From Solirubrobacteraceae bacterium (lineage in GTDB: Bacteria; Actinomycetota; Thermoleophilia; Solirubrobacterales; Solirubrobacteraceae): 64,000 nt of DNA. Below are positions 29,630-38,425 of this stretch, in pieces. A program made the translations under genes and the position numbers. Under the pieces are notes generated by a model, which saw only the letters and a program-made list of their open reading frames with translations, did not search any database and was not told the origin of the DNA. The stretch covers positions 27 to 64,026 of the forward strand of contig DATASU010000014.1 of assembly GCA_036269095.1 (NCBI GenBank). The letters are read 5' to 3'. Positions within the stretch are counted from its first letter, which is position 1; each line of letters opens with the position of its first letter.

Positions 29630-30597
29630 ACCCACTTGTCGTGATCACCGATCCAGTTGCTTCTGACGTTGCCGTCGAGACGCAGACGCTCGCGGCAATT
29701 GACGCAGATGTGATCATCTCACCCGCCGGCGATGAGGCCACGCTGATCGAGCAAGTCTCGGAGGCAGACGCGATCCTCGTCACCTACGCGCCGATCACCG
29801 AGCGCGTGATCGCTGCAGCGCCGCGCTGTCGGATCATCGCTCGCCTTGGTATCGGCTACGACAATGTTGACATCGCAGCGGCTTCGCAGGCCGGGGTTGT
29901 CGTCACGAACGTGCCGGATTACTGCCTCGATGAGGTTGCCGATCACGCGATGGCGCTGCTGCTGGCCTCGGTGCGTCAGGTTGTCGGCGCGGTCAATCGC
30001 GTGCGCGACGGCGAGTGGGACGGCGGCCGCGGTGAGATCCACAGGATGCGTGGCCGGCGGCTTGCGCTGATCGGGCTGGGTGGCGTCGGCCGTCGCATGG
30101 CAATACGCGCCCAGGCGTTCGGGGTCTCAGTCGTGGCCTACGACCCCTACGTGACGGAGTGGGATTTCGACTCCGTGCAACGAGCTGAGACGCTTGTCGA
30201 GGCTGTGGCCGATGCCGACTACATCTCGTTGCACAGCCCGCTCACGGAGGCGACGCGCCACGTCATCAACGCAGATCTGATCTCTGAGATGCGTCGGACT
30301 CCGATCATCGTGAACACCAGCCGCGGCCCTCTGATCGACCACCACGCGCTGTTGGATGGGCTTGATTCAGGGATGCTGACTGGAGCGACTCTCGACGTGA
30401 CAGATCCCGAGCCGCCGGCAGTGGGGGATCGGCTGCGCACCGATCCGCGTGTGCTGGTCACGCCTCACATGGCGTTCTACTCGATCGAGGCAGGCGAGGA
30501 GCTCCGCCGGCGTGCTGCCACCGAGGTGGTCCGTGTCCTGAATGGCGAACAGCCTGAGAACGCGGTCAACGGTCCCGCGCTCGGCGCCGCGCGGTGA
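29626..30597 (+). CDS. D-2-hydroxyacid dehydrogenase (CtBP-like)
   Basis: GIGYDNVD, NVPDYC, GLGGVG, NTSRG, LDVTDPEP, TPHMAFYS. Confidence 0.92.
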   Translation: MNPLVVITDPVASDVAVETQTLAAIDADVIISPAGDEATLIEQVSEADAILVTYAPITERVIAAAPRCRIIARLGIGYDNVDIAAASQAGVVVTNVPDYCLDEVADHAMALLLASVRQVVGAVNRVRDGEWDGGRGEIHRMRGRRLALIGLGGVGRRMAIRAQAFGVSVVAYDPYVTEWDFDSVQRAETLVEAVADADYISLHSPLTEATRHVINADLISEMRRTPIIVNTSRGPLIDHHALLDGLDSGMLTGATLDVTDPEPPAVGDRLRTDPRVLVTPHMAFYSIEAGEELRRRAATEVVRVLNGEQPENAVNGPALGAAR

Positions 30598-30686
30598 ACA
30601 GGCGCTGAGACGAGCTGGGCGATCCGTGCCCACCTGAGCTTGACGAGCGGAGCAATTCGAATGCCTGAACGAAAAAAGGAGATCTG

Positions 30687-31934
30687 ATGTCCGAGGAAGC
30701 TTGGCAGGAGCCGGGGCGCTACTTCACGAGTCCGTGGAACCACCTCCCCGAGGCGCGAGAGGGCCTTGGGTTCCGTCCCGTGGTCAAATTCCACGACGTC
30801 ACGTTGCGCGACGGAGAGCAGCAGGCCGGCATCGCGTTCTCCGCGGAGGACAAGTTGGCGATCGCCAGACGGTTGTCGGCGGCAGGCGTGGACCGCATCG
30901 AGGCCGGTATGCCAATCGTGTCTCCTCAAGACGAGGAGGCGGTTCGCGCGATCGTCTCGGAAGGGCTCGATTCCGAGATCTTCGCGTTCGCCCGGTGCAT
31001 GGTGGCCGACGTCGAGATGGCGAGCGCATGCGGGGTATCCGGTGTTGTCGTGGAAATCCCGTCTTCCGGTCATATCATCGAGACGGGTTACGGCTGGCCG
31101 CTGCAGCGCGCGATCGACCTCTCGATCGAGGCGACGCTTGCCGCCAAGGAGGCCGGTCTCTATACGGTCTTCTTCACGATCGACTCATCACGTGCTGAGT
31201 TCGACTGGTATCTCGACCTGGTCGCGCGTGTGGCAACCGAGGGGCATATGGATGCGCTGTGCCTCGTCGACACCTTCGGAGTCGTCGCTCCCCCGGCTAT
31301 TCCTGTGTGGGTGGCCAAGGTCCGCGAGCGTCTTCCAGATGTCAAGCTCGAAGCCCACTTCCACGATGACTTCGGCTTGGCCGTGGCCAATTCGATCGCG
31401 GCACTCGCTGCCGGAGTCGATGTCGTTCACACGACCGTCAGCGGTGTCGGCGAGCGCGCCGGCAACACGCCGATGGAGGATCTGGCCCTGGCACTGCGCA
31501 TGCTCTACTCGGCTGAGCACAACCTCGACACGACGAAGTTCTATGGGCTGTCGCGGCTGGTGCGCGAACGTGCGGGACATCAGATCCCCTCCAACCGCGC
31601 GGCTGTGGGCGACCGTCTCTTCGAGGTCGAGTCGGGCATCATCGCGGGGTGGTATCAGCGCTGCATCCCTGATCACCCGACAGAGATGTTCCCCTACCAC
31701 TGGGATGAGGTCGGTCAGCCTCCGGCCCGCGTGGTGTACGGAAAGGGCAGTGGCCTGCCGTCGATGATGCTTGCCCTGGAGGCACTTGGCATCACCGCCG
31801 GCGAGGACGAGATGCGAGCGCTGCTCGGCGACGTCAAGGCTCGCGGCCTGGATACGAAGTCACTGCTGCCGCTCGAGGAAGTGGCACGCCTCGCCGAGGC
31901 GCTGCGCCTGCCTGCTGGAACGCTGAACAGCTGA
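30687..31934 (+). CDS. DRE-TIM metallolyase (isopropylmalate/homocitrate synthase-like, no regulatory domain)
   Basis: HDVTLRDGEQ, HFHDDFG, GERAGN. Confidence 0.88.
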   Translation: MSEEAWQEPGRYFTSPWNHLPEAREGLGFRPVVKFHDVTLRDGEQQAGIAFSAEDKLAIARRLSAAGVDRIEAGMPIVSPQDEEAVRAIVSEGLDSEIFAFARCMVADVEMASACGVSGVVVEIPSSGHIIETGYGWPLQRAIDLSIEATLAAKEAGLYTVFFTIDSSRAEFDWYLDLVARVATEGHMDALCLVDTFGVVAPPAIPVWVAKVRERLPDVKLEAHFHDDFGLAVANSIAALAAGVDVVHTTVSGVGERAGNTPMEDLALALRMLYSAEHNLDTTKFYGLSRLVRERAGHQIPSNRAAVGDRLFEVESGIIAGWYQRCIPDHPTEMFPYHWDEVGQPPARVVYGKGSGLPSMMLALEALGITAGEDEMRALLGDVKARGLDTKSLLPLEEVARLAEALRLPAGTLNS

Positions 31935-31967
31935 GATCCGGTCCCGGGGCCCATCCGCCCCTGATCT

Positions 31968-32006
31968 ACCGAGCCGCCGCGCACTCCTCCCGCGTGGCGG
32001 CTCGGT
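31968..32006 (+). terminator. Stem-loop after the DRE-TIM gene
   Basis: accgagccgcc...ggcggctcggt 11-bp stem; no U tract. Confidence 0.5.
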
Positions 32007-32272
32007 GCGCTTAAGCCCTTTGCGCTGCGCGCGACCACGGGAGAGGAGGGAGCGCGGTGGGGGCGACCAGCCGCAAGCGTGCGGCGCCGCGGGCAACCAG
32101 CCGAAAGCAAGCGGTGGAGGCACGGAGGCGGCAGCCGACTCGGGAGCTCCCGATAGGGGCGCGGAAGCGCTCGAGATGGGATGAGCTCCGAGTTCGCGAT
32201 CGGCAGGAGTTCACAAGAGACCGCGTCAAGGGGTCGGACCGAGAGGTCTCGAACAGGGCGACCACAGACAAG

Positions 32273-32304
32273 AAGATCGCGGAGGCCGAGGCCTCCGCGA
32301 TCTT
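32273..32304 (-). terminator. Intrinsic terminator of the second SBP gene
   Basis: Perfect 14-bp stem aagatcgcggaggc-cgag-gcctccgcgatctt with a T-rich tail on the minus strand. Confidence 0.75.
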
Positions 32305-32351
32305 GAAGTGCGAGTCGATCGTAGGTCGCAGGCGACCGACGTCGACCCTGA

Positions 32352-33473
32352 TCAGCTGCCAGTGAAGCCGAGATACTGGATGTTCAGCTTCTCCGCCGTC
32401 TGGAACAGCCCGATCTGCTTCGACGTGTCCAGGCGCACGAAGGTCTTCACACCCCCGGCCCCGAGGATCCCCGCCTCGCCACCGAGTGATGCCGGCTGCG
32501 CGTTGGTCCAGCCACCCTGACGCCATTCGGGCTTCGCAGCTGCCGATCCCAGATATGCCGCCAGCAGTTTGGCGGCAGCCGGGTGCGCGGCGTGAGCGAG
32601 CACGAAGATCGAGTCAGGGCTGCTGATCAGCGGCTGAACCGGCGCCACTGCGAGCGGGGCGCCCTTGGCGATCAGTGCCGACACAATCGTCAGCGGAGCG
32701 AGACCGATAGCGGCCTGTCCCTGCGCCACTGCGCTGAGCAATGGAGCGGCGCTGTAGATCACAAGCGGCTGTTGCGCATGGAGCTTCTTCAGATAGGCGA
32801 TGTACTGGGTCTTCGTCCAAGCACCGCTGACAAGCATCGACTCGAACCCGTTGGTCGACTCGCCGTCTACAGCGATCTTGCCGCCCGCCCAGGCGTGGGC
32901 AAGAAGTGCGTTCCAGGACTTGGGTGCCTGGGCCGCGGTAAGGAACTTGGTGTTGTAGACCACGCCGGTCACGAACTCGGAGTCCTTGACAAGCCGCCCG
33001 CCGAGCAGGACCTGGCTGCTCGGGATACCGAGGCTCTGCCAGTTGGGTTCGGCGATGATGTTGCGCGAGATCAGTGCTCCGATTTCTTCGGGACGACCCA
33101 GCGCCAGGTCGATTTGCAGGTTGTTCGTATTGGCCTCGCTGATGATCTGGCTGGCCAACTGCGGATCCGGTGTATCAACCAACGACACTTTGATGCCGGG
33201 GTATTTCGCTTCGAACCCGCTGATCAGCGACTGGTAGCTCGAGGGGGTCGTCTCAACCGAGAGGTTGACGCTCCCCTCCTGCTTCGCCTGCGCGTACAGC
33301 GTCGCGAGATTCTTTGAGATCTGCGCTGCCGTCGGCTTCTTCGGCTTCGTCGACTTCTTCGCAACGGCCGATCCAGTACCGACCGTCAATGCCGACGCTG
33401 CGATGCACGCCGTGGCCGCCAATGCGAAGACGCTTCTCGGCCGCCATCGCGCACTTCGTTCGACGTTCCTCAT
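32352..33473 (-). CDS. Orphan ABC substrate-binding protein, close paralog of 12034..13149
   Basis: Shares PTAAQ, EGSVN, GFESMLVSG, VSALIAKG and the terminal LGFTGS; same RBS context. Confidence 0.88.
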   Translation of the reverse strand: MRNVERSARWRPRSVFALAATACIAASALTVGTGSAVAKKSTKPKKPTAAQISKNLATLYAQAKQEGSVNLSVETTPSSYQSLISGFEAKYPGIKVSLVDTPDPQLASQIISEANTNNLQIDLALGRPEEIGALISRNIIAEPNWQSLGIPSSQVLLGGRLVKDSEFVTGVVYNTKFLTAAQAPKSWNALLAHAWAGGKIAVDGESTNGFESMLVSGAWTKTQYIAYLKKLHAQQPLVIYSAAPLLSAVAQGQAAIGLAPLTIVSALIAKGAPLAVAPVQPLISSPDSIFVLAHAAHPAAAKLLAAYLGSAAAKPEWRQGGWTNAQPASLGGEAGILGAGGVKTFVRLDTSKQIGLFQTAEKLNIQYLGFTGS

Positions 33474-33791
33474 CCTGCACTCACCTTTCCCTGTGTGTTG
33501 GTCGCCGAGAGGGAGAGACGAGAACTCCGGCCACAACCCGCCGGCCGCGGATGCTCACCGGCTGTGTCCGTGCCCGGTCGCTCACAGATCGCAAACCGTG
33601 TGATCGGCGTGTGGCGAGCGCCTTGGCCTTCGCCGCGCTGACGCCGGCTGACAAGACGCGACCCACATGCGCCTGCTGTTCCGGGCCACGCACGCAGGCC
33701 GATAGCACCGCTGCGCCTAGCGAGATACATCAACATGCTCACCCTCTAAGTCCTCTCCGCGAGCCGACTATAGCACTCCTCAATCAAATGT

Positions 33792-33968
33792 GTAGAAATG
33801 CTACCGACGGTCCTCGTCATGGTTAACAACACACCAGACGAGCCCGTGTTGCGGTGCGGGTCTCAAGGGCAAATACACCAGTGAACCTGGACAAAGGCCA
33901 CGTCACCGCAGCGAATAGGCTGCCCAGCGCAAAGTTGTCGCACCACTCAGCGACCGTAGCAACGCTAC
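33792..33968. promoter_or_regulatory. GTAG-N5-CTAC motif copies upstream of SBP2
   Basis: GTAGAAATGCTAC at 33792-33804 and GTAGCAACGCTAC at 33956-33968. Confidence 0.55.
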
Positions 33969-34021
33969 AGAGCAAAGCGGGGGAGGACTCCGGACGTTTC
34001 TCCGGCTGAAGCCCGGACGAC

Positions 34022-34771
34022 CTACAAGGCCGCGGGTTGCTCGACGAGCCCAGGTGCCGACTGCATCGACGCGGCCGCGACCGTGTCGCGGACGATCACC
34101 GTGACGGCGTGAGACTCACCGTCGGTCGGATTGACGTACCGGTGCGGCAGAGAGGACGGGAACGCGATGCTGTCTCCCTCTGACAACTCGTAGACGTCGA
34201 ACCCGACATAGATCTCGAAGCGGCCCACGAGCACCAGCACCATCTCGAATCCGGGGTGGCGATAGAGCACAGCGTTCGACTCCGCGTGCGGCTGGTAGAC
34301 GAGCTCCAGGAACTCGACATCCCCGCGGCGGCTCGGCGTCAGCATCTCCCAGGTCACCCCGCCGGCAATCGCGATCGATCTGCGGTCCTTATTGCGTACG
34401 AAGTAGCGCTGCTCGTCCTCCGGAGGCGGCGCTGATGCACCGGTCATACGCGCTACCGAGGCGACTGCTGCGGTGACGCCGGCCGTGTCCGCCGGTCTTG
34501 TCGCCAGCCCGGACTCACTCGCCAGCACGTCGCGGCCGGCAAAGACGTCAACAGATACGTCGAGGGCCTCGGCAAGAGCGAACAGCGTCGGCACCGATGG
34601 TCGCGAGTTTCCACGCTCGATCTGGCTGATCAAGCTCGGGGTCACGCCGACCTCGCGCGCCAGCTGCGACACCTTGAGGTTGCGCGCGTGACGGTATTGG
34701 GCGACGAGCTCGCCGATCCGCGTCGGAGACCAGCGCCCTCCGGCCTCGAGGTTCATTTCCTCGGTGCTCAT
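34022..34771 (-). CDS. XRE-HTH + cupin transcriptional regulator
   Basis: LAREVGVTPSLISQIERGNSRPSV; cupin HPGFE...GDSIAFPSSLPHRY. Confidence 0.92.
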   Translation of the reverse strand: MSTEEMNLEAGGRWSPTRIGELVAQYRHARNLKVSQLAREVGVTPSLISQIERGNSRPSVPTLFALAEALDVSVDVFAGRDVLASESGLATRPADTAGVTAAVASVARMTGASAPPPEDEQRYFVRNKDRRSIAIAGGVTWEMLTPSRRGDVEFLELVYQPHAESNAVLYRHPGFEMVLVLVGRFEIYVGFDVYELSEGDSIAFPSSLPHRYVNPTDGESHAVTVIVRDTVAAASMQSAPGLVEQPAAL

Positions 34772-35043
34772 GAGTGGCGTCCGCCGATGACTGAGCAGAG
34801 ATCGTCGCCCTGGGGCTTTGCCGCGGAGAAAACGTTCACATCATTCGTTCTGCCTGATCGGCGGCGATCAAATTTTGTGCCCTGCGAGGGCAGGAGCGTT
34901 AGTATTACTTCCAACATTGCCGTTCGGTCGAGTACGTTGAAGCGTAGTTGTAAAACAGTTTAGCGTCTTGCATCAGTGCGTTTGCTTCGAAGGCTGACGA
35001 TTCGTCGCTTCGGTAGTGGCGCAAGCCTTAGTCCTTGAGGAGC

Positions 35044-36639
35044 ATGCCGATGGCCACCACGCAGCGCGTGCACAGTCCGATTTATACGCCTTTCGTCGGC
35101 GGAGCTGAAGCAACGTTACCCGGCCAGGTAGGAACCCTGGATGGAAAGCGGCTCGCGGTCCTCGAGAACGGATGGCCGACCTGGCGCCGCATGCTCCAGC
35201 AGTTTGTCGGTGGTCTGCGCGAGCGCTACCCGGGATTGGAGGTCACGGAGTACGCCATCCCCCGAGGATATGCCGCATCGGAGGATCTGCTGGCAAAGAT
35301 CGCTGCGGAATCGGACTGCGCCGTCGTAGGGCTAGCAAACTGCGGCTCCTGCACGGCGTGGAGCCTGCACGACAGCGTCGAGCTGCAGAAAGCAGGGCTA
35401 CCGACGGTCTGGGTCGTCAGCGACGAGTTCGTCGGCTTGGGGACGGCCATCATGAAAAGTCGCAACTCCCCGGTTCCGTCCGTGACGCTGCCGGTGAATC
35501 CGGAAATGGTCTCCGAGCGTGAGGCCCTGGAGCTGATGCAAGACTACGGCGGCTCGATCCTCGCGGAGTTGGTCGACGGAAGCCTGCCCGATATGGAGGC
35601 CATTCCCAACGACGTAGGGCCACGGCACATCGAGCTTCCGCCCGACGCCGACCTGGCGTTCGACGAGCTCTACGAGCGAGGCATGACCGACGGGCTTCCA
35701 GTTGTGATGCCGACCGAGGAGCGCGTGAGCCGCATGCTCGAGGCGAGCGGCGTGGATGACCCGCTCGAGGTCGTCGGCCAGCTTCCGCCGAGATATGGTG
35801 CCGCCACCTACGAGAACATCGCGGTGAGCGCCGTGATGGCCGGGTGCCGACCTGAATACATGCCGGTGCTCGTCGCCCAGGTTCGTGCCGGCGTTCGGCC
35901 GGAGTTCAATCTCAACGGGATAGCGACAACTACGGCCTCGTCGGCTCCGCTCACGATCGTAAACGGACCGATCCGCGAGACGATCGGGCTGAACAGCGGA
36001 CGCGGACTGCTGGGTCCGGGATGGCAGGCGAATGCGACGATCGGCAGAGCCTTCCGCCTTTTGATGATCAATGTCGGAGGTGCCGCGCCCGGGAGTGTCT
36101 CCAAATCGGTCATGGGAACCCCAGGCCGCTACACGTTCTGCATAGCGGAGAACGAAGAGGCCTCTCCGTGGGAGCCCCTGCACGTCAGCCGTGGCATGTC
36201 CGAGCGCTCGAGCGCCGTGACGATGATGGGCATCCTGAGCACCATCAACTGCACCACTGTGTGGGGTGCCCATTGGCGGGACCACCTCGCGACGCTCGGT
36301 GACGCGTTGGCCTTCCTCGGCTCCAACAACGTGCTCATGGGAAGAGGAACAGTTCTGGTGATCCTGACTCCCGGGCAGGCGACTCTGTTCGATCGGGCCG
36401 GGCTCAGCAAGGCTGACGTCGCCGAGGGTGTCTGGGAGGCCGCGCGAATCCCGATCGATCGATTCCCAGCGACGGTTCGGCCACAGCCCCCGAACGTCTG
36501 GATCGAGGACGACGGATACGTGCGCGTCGTCAAATCTCCGGACAATGTACTGGTGCTGGTGGCCGGGGGGCCGGAGGCTCATTACGCCCACGTGATGCCA
36601 AGCCATCCGAGCGTCGTGCCGGTCAGCGAGGCGATCTGA
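35044..36639 (+). CDS. UGSC-family (Cys form, NCGSC) domain fused to DGLPVVxPT partner domain
   Basis: GLANCGSCT encoded by TGC, not TGA; GMTDGLPVVMPT, AVMAGC.PEY, NATIGRA, AENEEASPW. Confidence 0.75.
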   Translation: MPMATTQRVHSPIYTPFVGGAEATLPGQVGTLDGKRLAVLENGWPTWRRMLQQFVGGLRERYPGLEVTEYAIPRGYAASEDLLAKIAAESDCAVVGLANCGSCTAWSLHDSVELQKAGLPTVWVVSDEFVGLGTAIMKSRNSPVPSVTLPVNPEMVSEREALELMQDYGGSILAELVDGSLPDMEAIPNDVGPRHIELPPDADLAFDELYERGMTDGLPVVMPTEERVSRMLEASGVDDPLEVVGQLPPRYGAATYENIAVSAVMAGCRPEYMPVLVAQVRAGVRPEFNLNGIATTTASSAPLTIVNGPIRETIGLNSGRGLLGPGWQANATIGRAFRLLMINVGGAAPGSVSKSVMGTPGRYTFCIAENEEASPWEPLHVSRGMSERSSAVTMMGILSTINCTTVWGAHWRDHLATLGDALAFLGSNNVLMGRGTVLVILTPGQATLFDRAGLSKADVAEGVWEAARIPIDRFPATVRPQPPNVWIEDDGYVRVVKSPDNVLVLVAGGPEAHYAHVMPSHPSVVPVSEAI

Positions 36640-37754
36640 TGCTTTCGCTTGCCGAGCGTGCGCGGCGCTACGCCGCCGTGCGAGAGGAAATGGCCACACG
36701 GGGTATCGACGTGCTGTTGATCGTTGGCCGCGACGGTAGCGGGGCCCGCGGTGAGCACCGTTACCTTGCGGGCTACGGGATCGTCGCCGCCTTCTCTCAC
36801 TACATCGTGTTTCCCGCCGAGGACGTCGAGCCAGTGTTCTTCTCCGGCTCCAGTCCCGCGGGGAACATCGGGGTGGCGAGCGGCTGGGTCCAGGATCTGC
36901 GCAGCTCACGCAAACCCCTGCCGGAGATCGCTGCCGAGGTCGCCAAGTTCACACGGAACGGCAAGATCGGGGTCAGCAGCACGATCCCGCTCGAGCTGCA
37001 TCGTGAGCTTGCGCGCGCACACGGGGAAGCAGTGATCGTCGACGCTTCAGACTGTCTACGCGGACCGAGGATTCGCAAGAGCGATGAAGAGCTCGATTGC
37101 GTCCGCCGCTCGGCCGCGATCGCCGATCTCACCTTTGCCTCGGTGCGTGAGGTGGTACGTCCGGGACTGAGCGACTTCGAGATCTACGCAGAAGTCCGGC
37201 GGGCGATCCACACCGCTCGAGGCGAGTACTCGATGGACATCATCGATGTCGGTGACGGCACGGCGGCCGGAGGTCCCCAGGGTAGGCTGGTCGCGGCTGA
37301 TGGCATTGCACAGGTCGAGATGACGCCCGCCTGGGAGGGGTACTACACACAGCTCCGGGTCCCGTTCTCTTCTGACCCAGGCGGTTGGCCGCACAAGTGG
37401 AAGCCGATGCTGGCTGCCTGGGAGGAGGGATATCGCTCTGCCGCAGAGCAACTCGTCCCTGGATCCACAGCCCACGAGGTGCAGGCCGCCGCGCTCGCGG
37501 GCGTAGAGCGCGCGGGATTGGTCGGACGTCACCGCTCAGGGCACGGCCTCGGTCTCGAGGTCGACGAGTTCATCTCGATCTCGGATGACGACGCGACGGT
37601 TTTGGAGCCCGGAATGGTGCTTGTGCTCCACGTCCCGGTGCGCGCCGACGAGCTGATGCTGATGACGGGTGGCACCTTCATCATCACTGGAGACGGCCAC
37701 GAAGAACTGAACGACCTGTCGAGCCTGATGGCTTCGACACTGGAGGTGGGTTGA
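36639..37754 (+). CDS. M24/creatinase-fold protein, non-canonical ligand set (paralog E)
   Basis: LAERARRY, RKSDEEL, EMTP..GYYTQ, GHGLG, LHVP, TGGT. Confidence 0.85.
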   Translation: MLSLAERARRYAAVREEMATRGIDVLLIVGRDGSGARGEHRYLAGYGIVAAFSHYIVFPAEDVEPVFFSGSSPAGNIGVASGWVQDLRSSRKPLPEIAAEVAKFTRNGKIGVSSTIPLELHRELARAHGEAVIVDASDCLRGPRIRKSDEELDCVRRSAAIADLTFASVREVVRPGLSDFEIYAEVRRAIHTARGEYSMDIIDVGDGTAAGGPQGRLVAADGIAQVEMTPAWEGYYTQLRVPFSSDPGGWPHKWKPMLAAWEEGYRSAAEQLVPGSTAHEVQAAALAGVERAGLVGRHRSGHGLGLEVDEFISISDDDATVLEPGMVLVLHVPVRADELMLMTGGTFIITGDGHEELNDLSSLMASTLEVG

Positions 37755-37755
37755 C

Positions 37756-38001
37756 ATGCAGGCACAACTCGATCAGCTTCGGGGCATGCTCGCACCCGAC
37801 GGCTACGAGCTGGATTGGCGCCAGACGGCACCTGACACGATCGATCTCGAGGTTCGAGCCGGTGAGCAGGCCTGCGTGGAGTGCCTCGTGCCCAAGAACG
37901 TGCTCGCTGAGATCGCGAACGGCCTCCTTGCCGGCGAGGGGGTCCACGTTGGCAACGTGACCTACCCGGTTGAGGATGCGCACCACGCCGTGGGCCGATG
38001 A
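37756..38001 (+). CDS. Small NifU-C-like CxxC protein
   Basis: LRGMLAPDG...ACVECLVPK; GGAGG RBS; coupled to both neighbours. Confidence 0.65.
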   Translation: MQAQLDQLRGMLAPDGYELDWRQTAPDTIDLEVRAGEQACVECLVPKNVLAEIANGLLAGEGVHVGNVTYPVEDAHHAVGR

Positions 38002-38393
38002 GTACGGGTAGCGCCGCCGGATCCGGGCAAAGCTCCATGTCGCCGGCTGAATCCGCGATCGAGGATCCCGGCGCCCCGAAGCTGCCGCAGCACCGCGTGA
38101 TGGCAGATCTCGACCGAGAGCTGTTCGAGAGCTACCGTGACTTTCGCTCGTTCTTCTACGTCGAACGCGACGGCGGGCTCGATTCCGCAACCAAGGAGCT
38201 GTTGTTCATCGCGATCAACACAGCGATCGGCAATTCGGACGGCGCCCTCAACCACGTCGACACGGCACGCGAGGCCGGTGTCACGCGTGCACAACTGACG
38301 GAAGCCCTGTCGTTGGCGTTGCTTCTAGGCGGAGCCCAATCCTGGGTGAACGTCGGCGTGAAAGTTGCGCAGGCCTGGATCGACGCCGAGTAG
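37998..38393 (+). CDS. Carboxymuconolactone decarboxylase/AhpD family protein (no CxxC)
   Basis: GGLDSATKELLFIAI...HVDTAREAGVTRAQLTEAL. Confidence 0.85.
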   Translation: MSTGSAAGSGQSSMSPAESAIEDPGAPKLPQHRVMADLDRELFESYRDFRSFFYVERDGGLDSATKELLFIAINTAIGNSDGALNHVDTAREAGVTRAQLTEALSLALLLGGAQSWVNVGVKVAQAWIDAE

Positions 38394-38425
38394 GCTGCCG
38401 TCTAGAACCAGGCCGGGACGGCCGC

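Noticed and set aside
35338-35352. Selenocysteine recoding in the UGSC motif
   Set aside because: Codons are AAC TGC GGC TCC TGC; there is no in-frame TGA.
37998-38393. CMD-family gene as pcaC
   Set aside because: It lacks PcaC-specific motifs as I recall them and sits in the UGSC operon, not the pca block.
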